From Nageia nagi (lineage: Eukaryota > Plantae > Pinophyta): a stretch of DNA of 64,000 nucleotides. Shown here one piece after another: positions 1 to 13,384 of this stretch. The stretch covers positions 202,616,001-202,680,000 of the forward strand of contig JBITNC010000001.1 in assembly GCA_050084985.1 (NCBI GenBank), in the 5' to 3' direction. Below the pieces are notes generated by a model, which saw nothing but the letters and a program-made list of their open reading frames with translations, had not been told where the DNA came from and made no database searches. Positions within the stretch are counted from its first letter, which is position 1. Every line of letters begins with the position of its first letter. Position numbers and translations under genes: made by a program.

Positions 1-300
1 CATACATGATTGCTCTAATTTCATAACTTAACGCCATGGGATCATTGTCTTTCAACTCTAGGTTGAAGAGCTTCAATTGTAATTGGATGAGTTCCAATTC
101 AAAATAGGAGTCATACAAATCTTTCAATTTCTTCAATGCATTCCAAACACAATTAATAGAGCTAATGTGGTGGTTAACCTCTTCATTAACTGAAGTTGCA
201 ATCAAAGCATAGGCCTTAATATTTTTCATATTTCAAACCGCAAGCTCTTTGGCATCAATCAATTTGGTAAGTTCGATGTCACCATAACAAATTCCAACCT
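1..300 (-). mobile_element. Ty1/copia gag N-terminal remnant (UBN2-like), degenerate
   Basis: Minus-strand translation KNIKAYALIATSVNEEVNHHISSINCVWNALKKLKDLYDSYFELELIQLQLKLFNLELKDNDPMALSYEIRAIM, with an in-frame stop upstream; lies just downstream of a PBS. Confidence 0.75.
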
Positions 301-324
301 AGAAATCATTGAAAATTAAGGTAT

Positions 325-336
325 GCTCTGATACCA
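325..336 (-). promoter_or_regulatory. Primer-binding site complementary to tRNA-iMet (TGGTATCAGAGC)
   Basis: Plus strand gctctgatacca at 325-336, next to a TG...CA LTR end at 338. Confidence 0.85.
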
Positions 337-337
337 A

Positions 338-725
338 TGACAAACCGTTCATTAACTCTAAGATCAAAAGTGTTGTATTAGCTTATAAATGAAACTAAAT
401 ACATTATCAAATGACTTTACACATTCACTTTTCTAGGTAACCTACAGCAAACCAATTTATAACCTGGCAACTGGTTTATCACATATGAAACAATGTGATT
501 CAAGGAAACAATGAAATCAGTTATTCCACTAGAGAGAAATCTGGACTAGAAAAAATTGCTTGCAATCTTTTGAAACCACTATTTCTACAGAAAACATAAC
601 AATATTTATATAACAATATTTTGAAGTTAATTAAAGTGGATTAAAGAGAACACTTAGATGAAGACACATTATATGATACATGCATGTGTTTATTTGTTGT
701 GTAATAAACACCTTCAATGCTAACA
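338..725 (-). mobile_element. Putative 5' LTR of the Copia element
   Basis: Minus strand starts TGTTAG (725) and ends ...TGTCA (338) just before the PBS; TATA-like ATATAAATA near 603-611. The 725 end is inferred because no second LTR is in the window. Confidence 0.5.
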
Positions 726-1020
726 TGCTTGAAATGATCAAAATAAAAACTAACATGAGACATGGTTTTGATTCATTATACAACCACATCTGTAGCTAAT
801 CTCGTCTTTCTTTCTGCACAGACCACCTCAATCTCAACCGTTCGAACCATCCCCAGAGGTTCAAACAAAGTATAGCATATAAAACCAAAAGAAACTGGAG
901 ACTGGATTATAATAGGGTAAAATGGTCACAGAAAAGAAAGCTCTCTGAAACAGATAATTTTAGAAATAAATCTACTGAGAAAAAACACTTACAACTGCAA
1001 TATAATGACAAGTATTATCA

Positions 1021-1215
1021 CTAATGCATATTAACGGACTTCAATTGTTTGCAGTCCAAAAAATTAGAAGATCCATCCATAGTTCCAAAATCCAAAACAA
1101 TTACAGTTGTGTTATCCTGTGTCCGCAACATCTGTGCCTTACTCAAAATCAAGTTAGCTATTCTTTCTGCACGAGGGACCTTAGGCCCTTCACCTAAGAA
1201 TTTCCCCTCAATGAC
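1021..1215 (-). CDS. KAPP: KAPP-like PP2C phosphatase, terminal exon
   Basis: tgcag|GTC acceptor; VIEGKFLGEGPKVPRAERIANLILSKAQMLRTQDNTTVIVLDFG...stop. Contains the PP2C DN motif and resembles the KAPP C-terminus. Confidence 0.9.
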   Translation of the reverse strand, partial: VIEGKFLGEGPKVPRAERIANLILSKAQMLRTQDNTTVIVLDFGTMDGSSNFLDCKQLKSVNMH

Positions 1216-1549
1216 CTGCATATAAACACAAACTGTCTGGATAAGCGATAACGTAAAGACCACAAACGACATCTCTTATATTTGTGCCACTGATTTTTTT
1301 CGTAGGAGCATATAGCTTGACTGGGTGTGACCATGTATCCATTTTGTGCTTGAACCCCTCTCATTGACATTTGATTCATTCAACAAAGCAGCATTCCTTT
1401 CTTACAAGTTACGACTATTAAAGATTTTATACCACTTTTTAAGATAAGTAATCAAAACATACATAAAACAACAATTATCATATAGATTTATTCCTTCAAC
1501 AGTCAAAAATATATCATGCACAAGTCTTTTGTTTCATTGAACAAATTAC

Positions 1550-1604
1550 CTCAATAGCCAGATGTAGTGCACTTCTAGGACTCAAGACATCCCAAAGGCC
1601 ATCA
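1550..1604 (-). CDS. KAPP: KAPP-like PP2C exon
   Basis: ctgtag|T...GAG|gtaatt; (S)DGLWDVLSPRSALHLAIE, the metal-binding DGLWD motif; phases match neighbouring exons. Confidence 0.92.
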
Positions 1605-1721
1605 CTACAGCACAAAAGCATGTAAAGAGAAACATGTTCTGTTAGAAATTAGAGGAAATGGTAAACAAATGAAAAAGTTTGTGTTTCAAAAAAAATAAGA
1701 GAGAATTCTTGACTAACCCAC

Positions 1722-1851
1722 CTTGCTATCACCGCTAGGGCTTTACTTTTTTGTGTTATTCTCAAAACTTCACTAATATATGGTTCAGCAGAGAAACGAA
1801 CATCTTGCTCCTTGAGATATTTGTCACCAAGAACACGAGCTATGTTCATTC
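1722..1851 (-). CDS. KAPP: KAPP-like PP2C exon
   Basis: ttag|GA...AG|gtgggt; (G)MNIARVLGDKYLKEQDVRFSAEPYISEVLRITQKSKALAVIA(S), with the KAPP-type RFSAEPYIS. Confidence 0.92.
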
Positions 1852-1946
1852 CTAACACACAAGAACAGCTACTTGGTATGTTATTAAAAACAAATCAAAT
1901 TTGCTCTATCCAATCAAAATTGATAATAAACAACAATTTTTTTTAC

Positions 1947-2062
1947 CACATAGTCGTGTTTCCCCATCTCGCAACTGCTTGCCTATTTCCAGCATACGGG
2001 TCTTTTCAGACATACTAGTAAGTCTGTGATCTTCTGTCATGAAAATGTGATTTTCTCCCAAG
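1947..2062 (-). CDS. KAPP: KAPP-like PP2C exon
   Basis: ggcag|C...G|gtaaaa; LGENHIFMTEDHRLTSMSEKTRMLEIGKQLRDGETRLC, with the TEDHR motif. Confidence 0.92.
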
Positions 2063-2809
2063 CTGCCAACAAGAATAAAACCAGATATCTAATTTGAAAT
2101 TTCCACTTTGATTTCTTTAGAGAGAAACAACCTTACTGTAGATTTGAGTCTAATTTGGAGACAAGATGTCAGTAACAATTGAAGAAAGAAAAGAGAGACC
2201 CTTGGAAACCAGTTAGATGTGAAAATAAAAGACATTAAATAGAACATCAAGTCCTGCTCTCAACAGAAAAAGAGAATGCAGACAAAAGTAAAGCATGTGA
2301 ATATCACATAATTTCTGCTCAAATATATGTTATGTTTCTAGCTCCTAGTGTCTTGTATACTCTTTATGCTCATGTTTAAGGTCCCAATTCTAACAAATTC
2401 ACTATAATGAACAGAGACAACACACACTTACATGAGAAGCCGGAACTAAACCTAGTTGCACTAACATTACAATTCATGATATTGCAATTAAAGATGTTTG
2501 AGTAATAGCATACACCTTATGGAGATCTTTGTTAAAGAAATCACTAGACAAATGCCTGGCCAATACATAAAGAGAAGAAGAATCTTAAATCACTTAAACA
2601 TATATGCATGAAGCACATGAATGCAGAGCTCAACACAAAAATAAAATGAAGAATGTGTTGGCATGTGAAGTTGACATGTAAATTTCACATGAACAAAGGG
2701 AAAATGCACTGCATGAGGGGCCTAAAACATGTATGGCGCAAATATATACAACCTACATGAAATGGAGTTTAACACAAAAGAGACTGACATATCCAAACAT
2801 AAGAACAAA

Positions 2810-3185
2810 GAACATGGTTTACTTCATATTTTTCAAAGGATTCTAATAACTGTAGAATGTCCTAAAGAATGCTAGTCACCTTTCAACTTAAATTAGCTTT
2901 GCCTCTTAAGCAGTTAATTATATTCAGAGAGTCTCTCTCTACCAACAATTTTTGGACCTTAATATCCTTTGCTAGTTTAACACCAGCATAAACAACTCTT
3001 CTTCAACCAAATTGCTGGTCATTTCTCCTAAACATTCTGTAAAAGCATGAACCATGACTCCCTTACTATTTTTAATAACCCCTCCACCTCCAGCGATTCC
3101 AGGATTTCCTTTAAAAGTCCCATCAAAATTCAATTTAAACCAATCAGTTTTTGGGGGTTGCCTGAACTGGTTTAGTGGCCCATTC
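2810..3185 (-). mobile_element. L1-type LINE ORF2 RNase H fragment
   Basis: PPKTDWFKLNFDGTFKGNPGIAGGGGVIKNSKG...SNLVEERVVYAGVKLAKDIKVQKLLVERDS, typical plant L1 RNase H motifs, with stops downstream. Confidence 0.85.
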
Positions 3186-5699
3186 TAGTTAAAAATGTTT
3201 ATTTAATTGAAGAGATGATATTTAGTGTCCAACAAATATTTATATGCTTGCTAGACCAATGGAATCAAGTTTGAATAGAGTGAACTTCGGAAGTGATACA
3301 TTGTGTAAACATTCACTTAATGAATGTTAACCCTTTCCGTATAAGGTTATTACTGGTAAACAATATGATGGAAGTGGCAGCGTCTAAATATCTGCACCTC
3401 TCAGATTGTAACCTTTAACACTTGTAGGATTTTTAAGTTGAAATATAAGGCAAGAAGATTTAGCATATAACAGTGATTTAAATCCATATCTTCCGTAAGT
3501 CCCTTGTTTATCCTCATGTATTTCTACAACGCAATAGGGAACTTAGGTACTACCTTGTATATCCATAACTATGTTGCTATAAGCATCACGTGTTTTCCTT
3601 TAAAGCATAAAAGTCGAGTGAGATGATGATGTAGCCTATAAATAATTTGGCAATGGACATACATCTTTACAGCCTGTATGCAGATCACAAACAACAAACT
3701 ACGGCCTTGGCAATATCTATTAACAGTAATAGCTAGACGAAAGGGCATTATGCACACATTGGTGCCATCATTGTTTCCATATGTATATGTCCAGTCCACT
3801 AGATCTAGTATTCAATCTCATCACATACAGATTTATCACACTTAACCCCTAAATGCTTGCAAAATAAGTTAAGAAACTAAAACAATGTAAAAGTTGCCAA
3901 AATAAGAAAGAGATAAAAACATCAGCACACAATAATGAAAACCAATGTAGCCTAGGAAAAACCTTTTTTGGGAAGAAAACCTCAACAACAATCAAAAACT
4001 CCTATTCGCTGATGAAGTACAAATTCGTCCTTCCAAAAAGACCAATGCAATCAAAAGAACTTAGAGTGGGTCACACAAACGGATTAGTTTTGAACAAGAA
4101 GTCTAATCAGATATCACAAAAGAAAGGCAATTCAAAATACGAAACATTTAAACATGAAAGCAATGGATTAGCAACAACTTGGGACAATTCAAATACTTTA
4201 GAAATATTTCCAACAAATTCTCCTAAAACTTGTGAGTATTCAAGGAGGGGGCATGGAAATTTTCGAATTATGACAAATTGTTCTAAAGGATCAATCCACA
4301 ACTCCAATTGATGACAAAACACTTAGAATCAATATTTATGTAAAATTCCCAAATATTCTCAACATGGAAATTAGGCAAGCAAATATTAAATAAATATCAA
4401 ATGATGCTCCTAGGCATGCCACAAACTGATCTAGGGCATCAAACAAGTCACACTAAATACTAGAAAGCCCAACAATGCACTACTCAAGCAAAATATCACC
4501 CCTATGAGACAACGCCACATCTAGGAATGCATTTATCAAGCACACCACATCAATAATAATCCAGGAATGCCGACAACTCAAACAACTCACTCATACAAGC
4601 ATAATTATACTAAATTGTTCAACGTTGCATATATGGTAGCATGAACAAGTCAAACGAACATCAATATGAGACAATGAAATGGAGATCAACTATGCCACGA
4701 TTGTATTAATGATATATGCTAAGAGAGATACAATACCAGGCCCAAAAATGGCTCAATGTTGGCCTCCAAGGAACCAACTTGGGCACACAACTATGTAGAG
4801 ATGGATATTGCTGATGAAACCACTGTAGAACAATCACACTTTACTAGATATGTGGATGCCACACTGAAGGGCTCCCTCACAGGCTAGCTCCCTGAGAAGA
4901 GAACGGATGTGATTTCGGACTGACATCGGATGGATTCAAAGGAGCAAACCGCTTGTGGATGCCTCAGGATAGGGAAACCCCACAACACGAACATTCACCT
5001 CAACCACTAGTCAGAAGGTGTTCCAAGCCTCATGGAATCTCCTTGTGCACTACGCCCAAGGGTGCTTGACGCCACCAAGTCTTAAATAGCAAGAGGAGGT
5101 TTCAATATCAAATTAAGTCTATCTCTACAATGAGGCTCCTTTGCCTTTTATAACATGTCTCTAGATCTGGATCTCACCTATGAGTCATCCCCAACCTCTC
5201 CAATCTCAACGTTAGCCTCTTGGAGGCCCAAAATCTCCAATGTGGGTGCCTAGGAGTCAAGCATGCCCAATGTGGATACCTAGAGTCCATAGATGCTAAT
5301 ATGGTAGTCCAAGGTGCCACGCATGCCAACATGGGAGTCCAAGGTGCCATGTGGGTCTAGAAGCCTCCCCAAGGTTGGCGTAAGTGCTTAAGCCCATCAT
5401 TGGGTTCTAGGTGTCCATTATGCTAGTTTTGATGTTACAATGAGGCTTGGGATTCCCACAATTATCTTAGGATCTCCAAATGAATTAATGACAAATTAAT
5501 TAACACATCCTAGCTTGGGAGGAAAACGTACCTCATGGGGATCACAATGTGGCTCCAACAGACCATTATATTTCTATCACAAGTAACCAACAACAAATAC
5601 ATGAATAGATAAAATATTTACAAAAGGAAATCCCTAGGATTCCAAATTTATTTAATTTCTAGTAAAAAGGGATGTTACAAAGCCTCCCCTCTCAAAATT

Positions 5700-7610
5700 G
5701 CTTGCCCTCAAGCAATTCAATGATGGTTGTGCTAGTATTTCAACTCCTTCCCATGTGGAATCTTCATTTGGAAAATCCTTCCACTTGATCAAGTACTCAT
5801 GAATCTATCTTGATCTTAACTTCTTTATTTTGGTCTCCAACACCACCTCTGGAATCAAAACCAGCCATCTCTCTTCATCAAGTGGTGAAAGGGTGGTTGA
5901 TGAGGCATCTTGTTGTCTCAATGCCTTCTTAAGGAGTGACACATGAAAAATATTGTGAATCTTGCTTTCTTTGGGCAGCTCTAGTTCGTATGCAACTTCT
6001 CCAACCTTGCGCAGGACTTTGTATGGGCCAAAAAATCTAGGTTGTAGTTTTTTTGCTCTTCTCTTCTTGAGTGAGGATTGCCTAAATGTTTGCAACCTTA
6101 AATACATCATCTCCCCTACTTCAAAGGTTCTATTAGTCCTTTGATCAGCATACTTCTTTTGACGATTTTAGGCCATTTGCAAATTTTCCTTTAGAGTTTT
6201 CATGATGTCTTGGCTGTCTTGCAAAAAATCTTTAGCTTTGGGGGCTTTCCCTTCATCAAAAATCAAATCTATGAAGTTAGGAGTATCATAACCATACAAA
6301 GCTTTGAAAGGAGACATTCCTATAGACAATTAATGCATAGAGTTGTAACAATACTCCCCAATGTGGAGCCATTTAACCCACGTTTGTTGTTGCCATGTTA
6401 CATAGTGCCTCAAATACCCCTCAAGCCATTTGTTTACAATTTCTGTTTGCCAATCAGTTTGTGAGTGATAGCTAGTGCTTGGGGTCAAATTAGTGCCACT
6501 CATCTGAAAGAGTTCTTGCCAAAACATGCTCATAAATTTGCTATCCTTGTCACTTACAATCCTTTTTTGCAAACCATTTAATCTAAATATTTCTTTGAAG
6601 AATAAATCAGCCAATTGTACTATTATATATGTGTTGGTAATGGCAAAGAAATGAGCAAATTTAGTGAGCCTATCCATTACTACAAAAATGCAATCTTTAC
6701 CTTGCACCTTTGGGAGATCCGTAATGAAATCGATAGAGATATCTTCCCATTTTTGTAGTAGAATGGGCAATGGCTGAAGTAGTCTTGCTGGTTTTACATT
6801 CTCCTCCTTATTTTCCTGACATTGCACACACTCATGAACATGTTTACAGACGTCCTATTTTAGCCCTTTCCATGCAAACCACTCCCTTACTGCTCTATAC
6901 GTTTTCATGATCCCTGGGTGACCTGCAAGGGGCATATTATGCAAAGCATGGAGCACCTTTTCGTTCATTTTAGAGTTAGGGTCAAGAAGATTATGTTATT
7001 CTTCCAACCCATCCCTTACCGTGTACCTTTCATTTTTCACCATTCCATCAAGAATGCCTCAAGCAAATTTATCTTTGATATATTCAGCCATAATATTTGT
7101 TTTCCAATCAGCAGAAATAAAAGAGAAAGAGTAGAAAGAAGGATTCCTAGATAATGTATCAGCAGCTGTATTCTATTTCCCTTTGATATATTGAATCTCA
7201 AAATCAAAAGATTGAAGCTTCCTTACCCACTTTTGTTGCTTTTCACTCAAATCCGATTGGCTGAGGAACTATTTCAAGCTATTGTGGTCACTTTTGATAA
7301 TCAAAGGCCCACAAACTAGATATTGCCTAAATCTCTCCAACGCATGCATAATAGCCAACATTTCTTTGTCAAACACACTAAAATTTTGTTCTGCATTAGT
7401 AAGTTTTCTACTTTCAAATGCTATTGGCTATCCATTTTGCATGAGTATAGCCCCTATACGAAGTTTTGATGCATGACATTCAACAGTAAATGGTGCTGAA
7501 AAATCAAGAATAGTTAAACATGGACAAGAACACAACCTTTTTGAGCGTCTCAAAAGCATATTGAGCATCATTACTCCACATGAATGCATTCTTCTTGGTC
7601 AATTGTGTCA
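5700..7610 (-). pseudogene. Family B pol: RNase H, integrase, chromodomain (stops and frameshifts)
   Basis: LLQPLPI..KWEDISIDFITDLPKVQGKDCIFVVMDRLTKFAHF; IVSDKD; KLQPRFFGPYKV; HNIFHVSLLKK; chromodomain EYLIKWKDFPNEDSTWEG. Confidence 0.93.
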
Positions 7611-7619
7611 ATTACTAGA

Positions 7620-10218
7620 AATCCTCTTAATTATGTCAAGGTGGTGGGCACCGGCCAATCCTGACTTGCTACAATTTTTTGCTCATCCACCCTAACTCTT
7701 GCTGGGAAGCAATCAGCTAGACGATCAAAATGGGAAAGCAACCCAACATTTAGGTGAGAACACGTTACTAAACTCCTCTTGTAAGGAATGATACCCCAAG
7801 GTTTCTATTGGAAAGCTCGTGTCGTTAATACGAGCTTTAAATTGTGTAGGTCTTGTTTGTGAATCAGCTGAGTGGTGTAGTAGAGATACTAACTATTAAC
7901 ACATTTTTTTTAGGGACTGAGGTGTCTTATCTTGCAATAGTTCAAAAGTTGCTATAGTTTTAAAGAAAGTGTAAAAATAAAGAAAAGAAAAATGAGAATG
8001 AGGTTGGATACTAGATAGACTTCAAAGAGGCAATCACAATGCAACATTGTCTAAATTTTCTCTCTCGGATCAGTTAAAAAATCTTGTTCAATTCAATCAA
8101 ATCTTTGAAACGAATGACTGTTGTCCAATCATTCCAAAGATGAGCGAAAAGTAGAGTTGATTGTCGGTACTCTGCAAGTAGGATCGATGCAATCAAATGG
8201 ACTAAGCATAAGTGGGGGTGAATGGTTTTGAACAAGAGGTCTAGGAAGATGTCTTAAGAGAAAAGTCGATTCAGAATACAAACATTTATCAAGCAAGCAA
8301 TGAATTAGCAACAATTCAAACATTTTCAAAAATTTCCAACAAACTCTCATAAAACTCAAAAGTTTTCAAAGAGAAGGCACGAAAATTTTTGAATTACAGA
8401 AATTGCTCTAAAGGGATGGATCAATCCACCACTCCAATAGATGAAAACACACTTTGAATCAATATGTAGCCACTTCAAGTTTTGAGAGGATTCGGAGCTT
8501 TTAGAAGCTTTTGAGCAAGATTTGGGATTTTTGCCAAAATTTTGGGTTTTCATGTCTATAGATTTTTTTGGAAGAAAAAAGTGAAAAAAAGTTTAAATTT
8601 CCATAGGAATGCAAAACACCTCCTAGATTTTTGACCACTCAAACTTGCTTGAATCTGAAATTTCCAAACTTTCAATGCGCTCCAAATGTGCATTTCCATG
8701 CAACGCTCAAAATTGAATTTTGCCCAAAATTTGGTCTTTCTCCATGAAAATAGGCGCCATTTTTCACCTCTATGGATCTTCTAAGTTTAATTTTGCTTAG
8801 AATGGGGTCCTTTGTCCATTGATGTGCTCACACTTCATTCTTGATCAAAATCTACCTTTTTCCTTGAAACTAGGCGCTCATTTTCACCTCATTGGATTTC
8901 CATAGACATGGAAAAGTGTGCCTAGGAATTAGGAGCAATTCCCTTGGTAAAAATCAAAATTTTCAAAGTTTAAACCTTTCTAAAATGGCCCCCTTTATGC
9001 ATTGATGTGGTCAAATTCGATCTTTGAGCACAAAACCACTTTCCTCCTTAACTTAGGTGCTCATTTTCACCTCATTGGATTTCCATAGACATGGAAAAGT
9101 GCACCTAGGAATTAGGAGCATTTCCCTTGCTCAAAAGCAAAAACTTGAAGTGTTAAATGTGTCTAAAATAGCCTTTTCCATGCAAATATGTACTCAAACT
9201 TGGGCTTTGAAAACATTTGTACTTTCTCCCTTGATTTAGATGCCAAAATGTATGCCAATGGATTTCTATTCCTTGAAAACCAGCACCTACCCTTTAGGAG
9301 CCTCAAACTTGGTTAAAATGCAAAAATTTGAAGTTTAAACATTCCTAAAATGAGGTTTTCCATGTCCCCAAGCCTTCAAAATTGACTTTTGAGCCCAAAA
9401 TATTTTATCTTTTCTTGCGAGGTGCCAAAATTCACCCCATTGGATTTCCATAGGCATGAAAACATGCACCTAGCCTTTAGGGGCTCAAAAAATTGCTCAA
9501 AATTGAAAATTTGTAGACCTAATATGCCTTATAGTCTTTTCCATCCATTCATGCACTTAGACTTGAATTTTGATGAAAATCCACTTTTCCTCTTGGAGTT
9601 AGGTGCTGATTTGCACCTTAGTGGATTTCCCATAGGCATGGAAAAGTGCACCTAGGGTTTTGGGGCACTAGAATTACTCAAAATCAAAAATTGGAAGACC
9701 TAAAGTGCCTTGCAAACAAATCATCATCTTTGAGTTTTGAACCAAATTCCATTTCCTCCTTGGTGGCTAGGCACCAAAATTCACCCCATTGGATTTCCAT
9801 AGGAATGCAAAACCCCTCCTAGATGCCATTTGTGCATGCTTGGTCGAAATCAAAAATTTCCAAGCCTAAACTTGCCTGAATTGACATCCTCCACTGGCAT
9901 GTGTTCTCTGATTTCAACTCTGGAAAATTTTGAAAAACCCCATCTCCATTGGCCTCATTCTAGACCCAAAAATTCGTTCTCTGATAATATCTCTCAGATC
10001 CTGGCTCCTTGACTGCAAAATTGGTGATTGGATACTTTCATACTCTTCGGGGTCTTTTTCACATGACCCTATGAATCGCTCCCTGATATCATGTTTGCAC
10101 TCTTCAGAATGAACTATCCATTGCCAAACGCCAATCTTAAGGCAATGCACCTTATTGCCTTTGCAAAAATAGGGTTCCCAAAATCTTGTATTTTGGGGTG
10201 TGTTGTGCAGGCACAACA
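7620..10218 (-). mobile_element. Family A inner copy, inserted in the family B RT/RNase H region
   Basis: Ends GGGGTGTGTTGTGCAGGCACAACA at 10218 exactly where RT breaks (GHVISHQGV); 9900-10218 aligns with 21570-21880 and 8310-8475 with 4190-4338; internal degenerate ~180-bp repeats; left junction deleted. Confidence 0.75.
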
Positions 10219-11130
10219 ACTCCCTGATGGCTGATTACATGCCCTAAATACATAATTTCAATCATGCCAAATTCACATTTGGATTGTTTAGCATAGAATT
10301 TTTGATTCTGCAAAATGCTCAAAATGGTATCCAAGTGTTGGAGGTGCTCCTCCCACATTTTGCTATATACCAATATGTCATCAAAGAAAACCAACACAAA
10401 CTTTCTTAATTGTTCCCTGAAAACCTGATTCATGGTTGATTGAAAAGTAGTTGGTGCATTAGTCAATCCAAATAGCATAACTAGAAACTCAAAATGCCCA
10501 TTATGACACCTAAATGTTGTCTTGTGAATATCCTCCTCTTTCATTCTTATATGATGATATCCTGATCTCAAATCAATTTTGGAGAAATATGTAGCACCAT
10601 GTAACTCATCAATAAGATCATCTACTCTAGGGATAGGATACCTGTTTTTGATGGTCTTCTTGTTGAGCATCGATAGTCAATGCACATTCGCATAGTCTCG
10701 TCCTTCTTCTTGACCAACACCACCGAAGAAGCAAAGGGGCTAGAGCTTGGCTGTATGAATCCCATGTCCAATAACTCTTTGATTGTTTTCTCGATCTCAT
10801 CCTTGTAGACCTTAGGATTGCAATAGGGAGTAATCATGAATGGTTTTGCTCCTTGCTCCAACTCTATGATGTGCTCAAATCCTCTTGAGGGTGGCAACCC
10901 TCTAGGCATGTCTCCAAAAACGTCAAGGTATTTTTCCAAGATGCATTGGACCTCTCCTTGCTACGATTTTCCCTCCTGAAGATGTGACGTAGGGCTTCCC
11001 TTGGTTAGGGTGAAGATATAGCCCCACTCTATCTCCTCCTTTCAGATGATAGTACTCATCTTCTTGGCTGAAACAATCCATGCAATGGCCTCCAACTTGT
11101 TGCATGTTGCTTTGGATCTGAGTGAAAATT
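10219..11130 (-). pseudogene. Family B pol: reverse transcriptase (frameshifted)
   Basis: GLPPSRGFEHIIEL, SSPFASSVVLVKKKD, RMCIDYR, YPIPRVDDLIDEL, FSKIDLRSGYHHIR, FGLTNAP, FFDDILVYS. Confidence 0.95.
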
Positions 11131-12299
11131 TTCGTTCACTCTTTTTCTTTAGATCCAGTGGGGTAACTACATCCTTGATGCTCTTGAACTGCCCAGATCC
11201 AGACGTTGGGGGCTTTGCTAACTTTTTTCCTACAACGTTGGATTCCTTCTTCTCTACCACGTGGGTCTAGGAGCCATGCGTGGGTGCTAGGGTGTCATCA
11301 TGGGCCAACATGGGGGTCTAGAAGCCTCCCCAAGTTTGGCGAAAGTGTTCAAGCCCATTGTTGGGTTCTAGGTGTACATTAATCTATGCTTTATGTTACA
11401 ATGCGGCTTGGGATTCCCACAATCATCTTAGGATCTCCAAGTGAATTAATGACAATTTAAATAACACATCCTAGCTTGGGACGAAACCATCCCTCATGGG
11501 GCTCACAATGTGGGTCCAACGAACCATTATATTTCTATCCCAAGTAACTAACAACAAATATATGAATAGATAAAATATTTACAAAAGGGAATCCTTAGGA
11601 TTCCAAATTTATTTAATTTTTAGTAAAAGGAGATGTTACAATTTAGCCACTTGTATTATGTTCGTAAAAGAGTCATGCACATGCACACATCAATTTGCTC
11701 CTCAATTACAAAAAAAATTTGATTTTCAGGAAATTTGGCCTTTTCTGACACTTGAACATTCTAACTCAAAAGGAGACCCCCTATGATCTATTTATAGACT
11801 TTTTGGAGCCAACTTTTGGGTGTTGCCGTAATTCTAACCTAATGAAATTGAAATGCAAACGAAATTACATTTGAATTGGTAGGAGAACACATTCATTCTT
11901 TTAACCACTTTAGTCTATTTACATTGAAAATTGATCCTTTTACAAAAGAGCTTGTGGATCTTGAGTTTGTTTTGGATCTCCTCCACCATCTTTGAGTAGC
12001 CTTTTCGCTAAAATGTAGATTCAATCTTTGACTTGAGCGATCTTGGCAAGCTTTTGAGCAATCTAGTGAGGATTTTTAAAAAAATGGATTTTTGGTCTAA
12101 CATTTGGAAAATGATAGGGATGGGGGCCGGCGAAATTTATAAAAAAATTTAAAAGTGCCTAGATGGATCTTCAAGGTGTTTGAGATCAATTCAAGGGATT
12201 TTGGAGCTTCGGATCAAAATTTGAGATTTTGAACACTTGAAGAAAAATTGGCTTTAGTGATCAAGTGTGGTGTACAAGTTTTGTCAAAAAGCTCATGCC

Positions 12300-13384
12300 T
12301 GGTGCTCAAATGCTCAAGTTATCAAGTTTTGGTGCTCAAATGTCCCCTTTGTGCGTTCTAGATGCTTCGTAGCCTCAATTGACCACTCCAAAGGTGCTTT
12401 TTGAATGCTAGACCAGTCTTTCTCCATCTTAGGCACCAAGTTTTCATGTTTGATGGTCTCAAAGCCCAAAAATTTGTGCCTAGCTCTAGATTGTGCATTT
12501 TTTTGTGAATTTTTTTATGTTTCTTGGAAGTTGTGCCATTTCCAAATGGGTATGCCCTCATGAAATTGCAAGGAATTTGAAATTTTGACCAAATCAAGTG
12601 GATTTCACCTCTCGGCGTACAGTTTAGCTCTTTGATGGTGTTAAAGCTTAAATTCTTGTGCCTAGCTTGAGGGGATAGCAAATTTGGTCAGAATTGAAAA
12701 GTTGCAAGTCCAAATATGCTTGGAATGACCTTATGCAACTTGCCCATGTTTTTGTTTTTCGAAATTTGCATGTTGAAATTTGGCCAAAATGACCTTGCTC
12801 TTGCTTAGGTGCCAATTTTTGGGCTTCTATGGTTTCAAAGCTTGAAAAATTGCACCTAGCCTCTAGGCATGCAAATTTTGCTCATTTTTGGAATTCCTTT
12901 GGCCATTTGATGTGCAATTTGAAGATGAATCCTCTTATGATTTCAAGAAAATTTTCAATTTTTGGTGCTCAAGTGCTCAACTTTGGTGCTCAAATGTTCC
13001 CTTTGTGCACTTTGCATGCTTCGTGGCTTCAATTGACCACTCTAAAGGTGCGTTTTGCATGCTAGACTGATTTTTCTCCATCTTAGGCACCAATTTTTCG
13101 TGTACGATGGTCTCAAAGCCCAAAAATCTGTGCCTAGCTTTAGATTGTGCATTTTTTGTCATTTTTCTTTTATATTTCTTGGACCAAGTTGTGCAATTTC
13201 CAAATGGGTATGCCCTCATGAAATTGCAAGGAATTTGAAATTTTGACCAAAACAAGCGGATTTCACCTCTAGGCGCACATTTTTGCTTTTTGATGGTGTC
13301 AAAGCTTGTATTCTTGCGCCTAGCTTGAGGGGATAGCAATTTTGATCAAAATTGAAAAGTTGCAAGTCCAAATATGCTTGGAAT
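12300..13384. repeat. ~660-bp tandem duplication inside family A (second unit continues at 20236-20470)
   Basis: 12330 tggtgctcaaatgtcccctttgtgc recurs at ~12985; 12711 caaatatgcttggaatgacc recurs split across 13370/20231. Confidence 0.85.

Larger units (their letters stand above)
4339..11640 (-). mobile_element. Ty3/gypsy chromovirus (family B), internally deleted and interrupted
   Basis: TSD ATTTA at 4334-4338 and 11641-11645; 3' LTR 4339-5679; PPT 5681-5693; truncated 5' LTR ~11260-11640; RT, RNase H, integrase and chromodomain remnants. Confidence 0.92.

Noticed and set aside
1021-1858. ORF-track entries 1021-1272 and 1649-1858 as stand-alone genes
   Set aside because: They are KAPP exons extended into intron sequence
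10152-10218. Shared peptide AQHTPKYKILGTLFLQRQ at the RT C-terminus and in ORF 21814-22026
   Set aside because: Read-through into the family A terminus in both cases, not a protein domain
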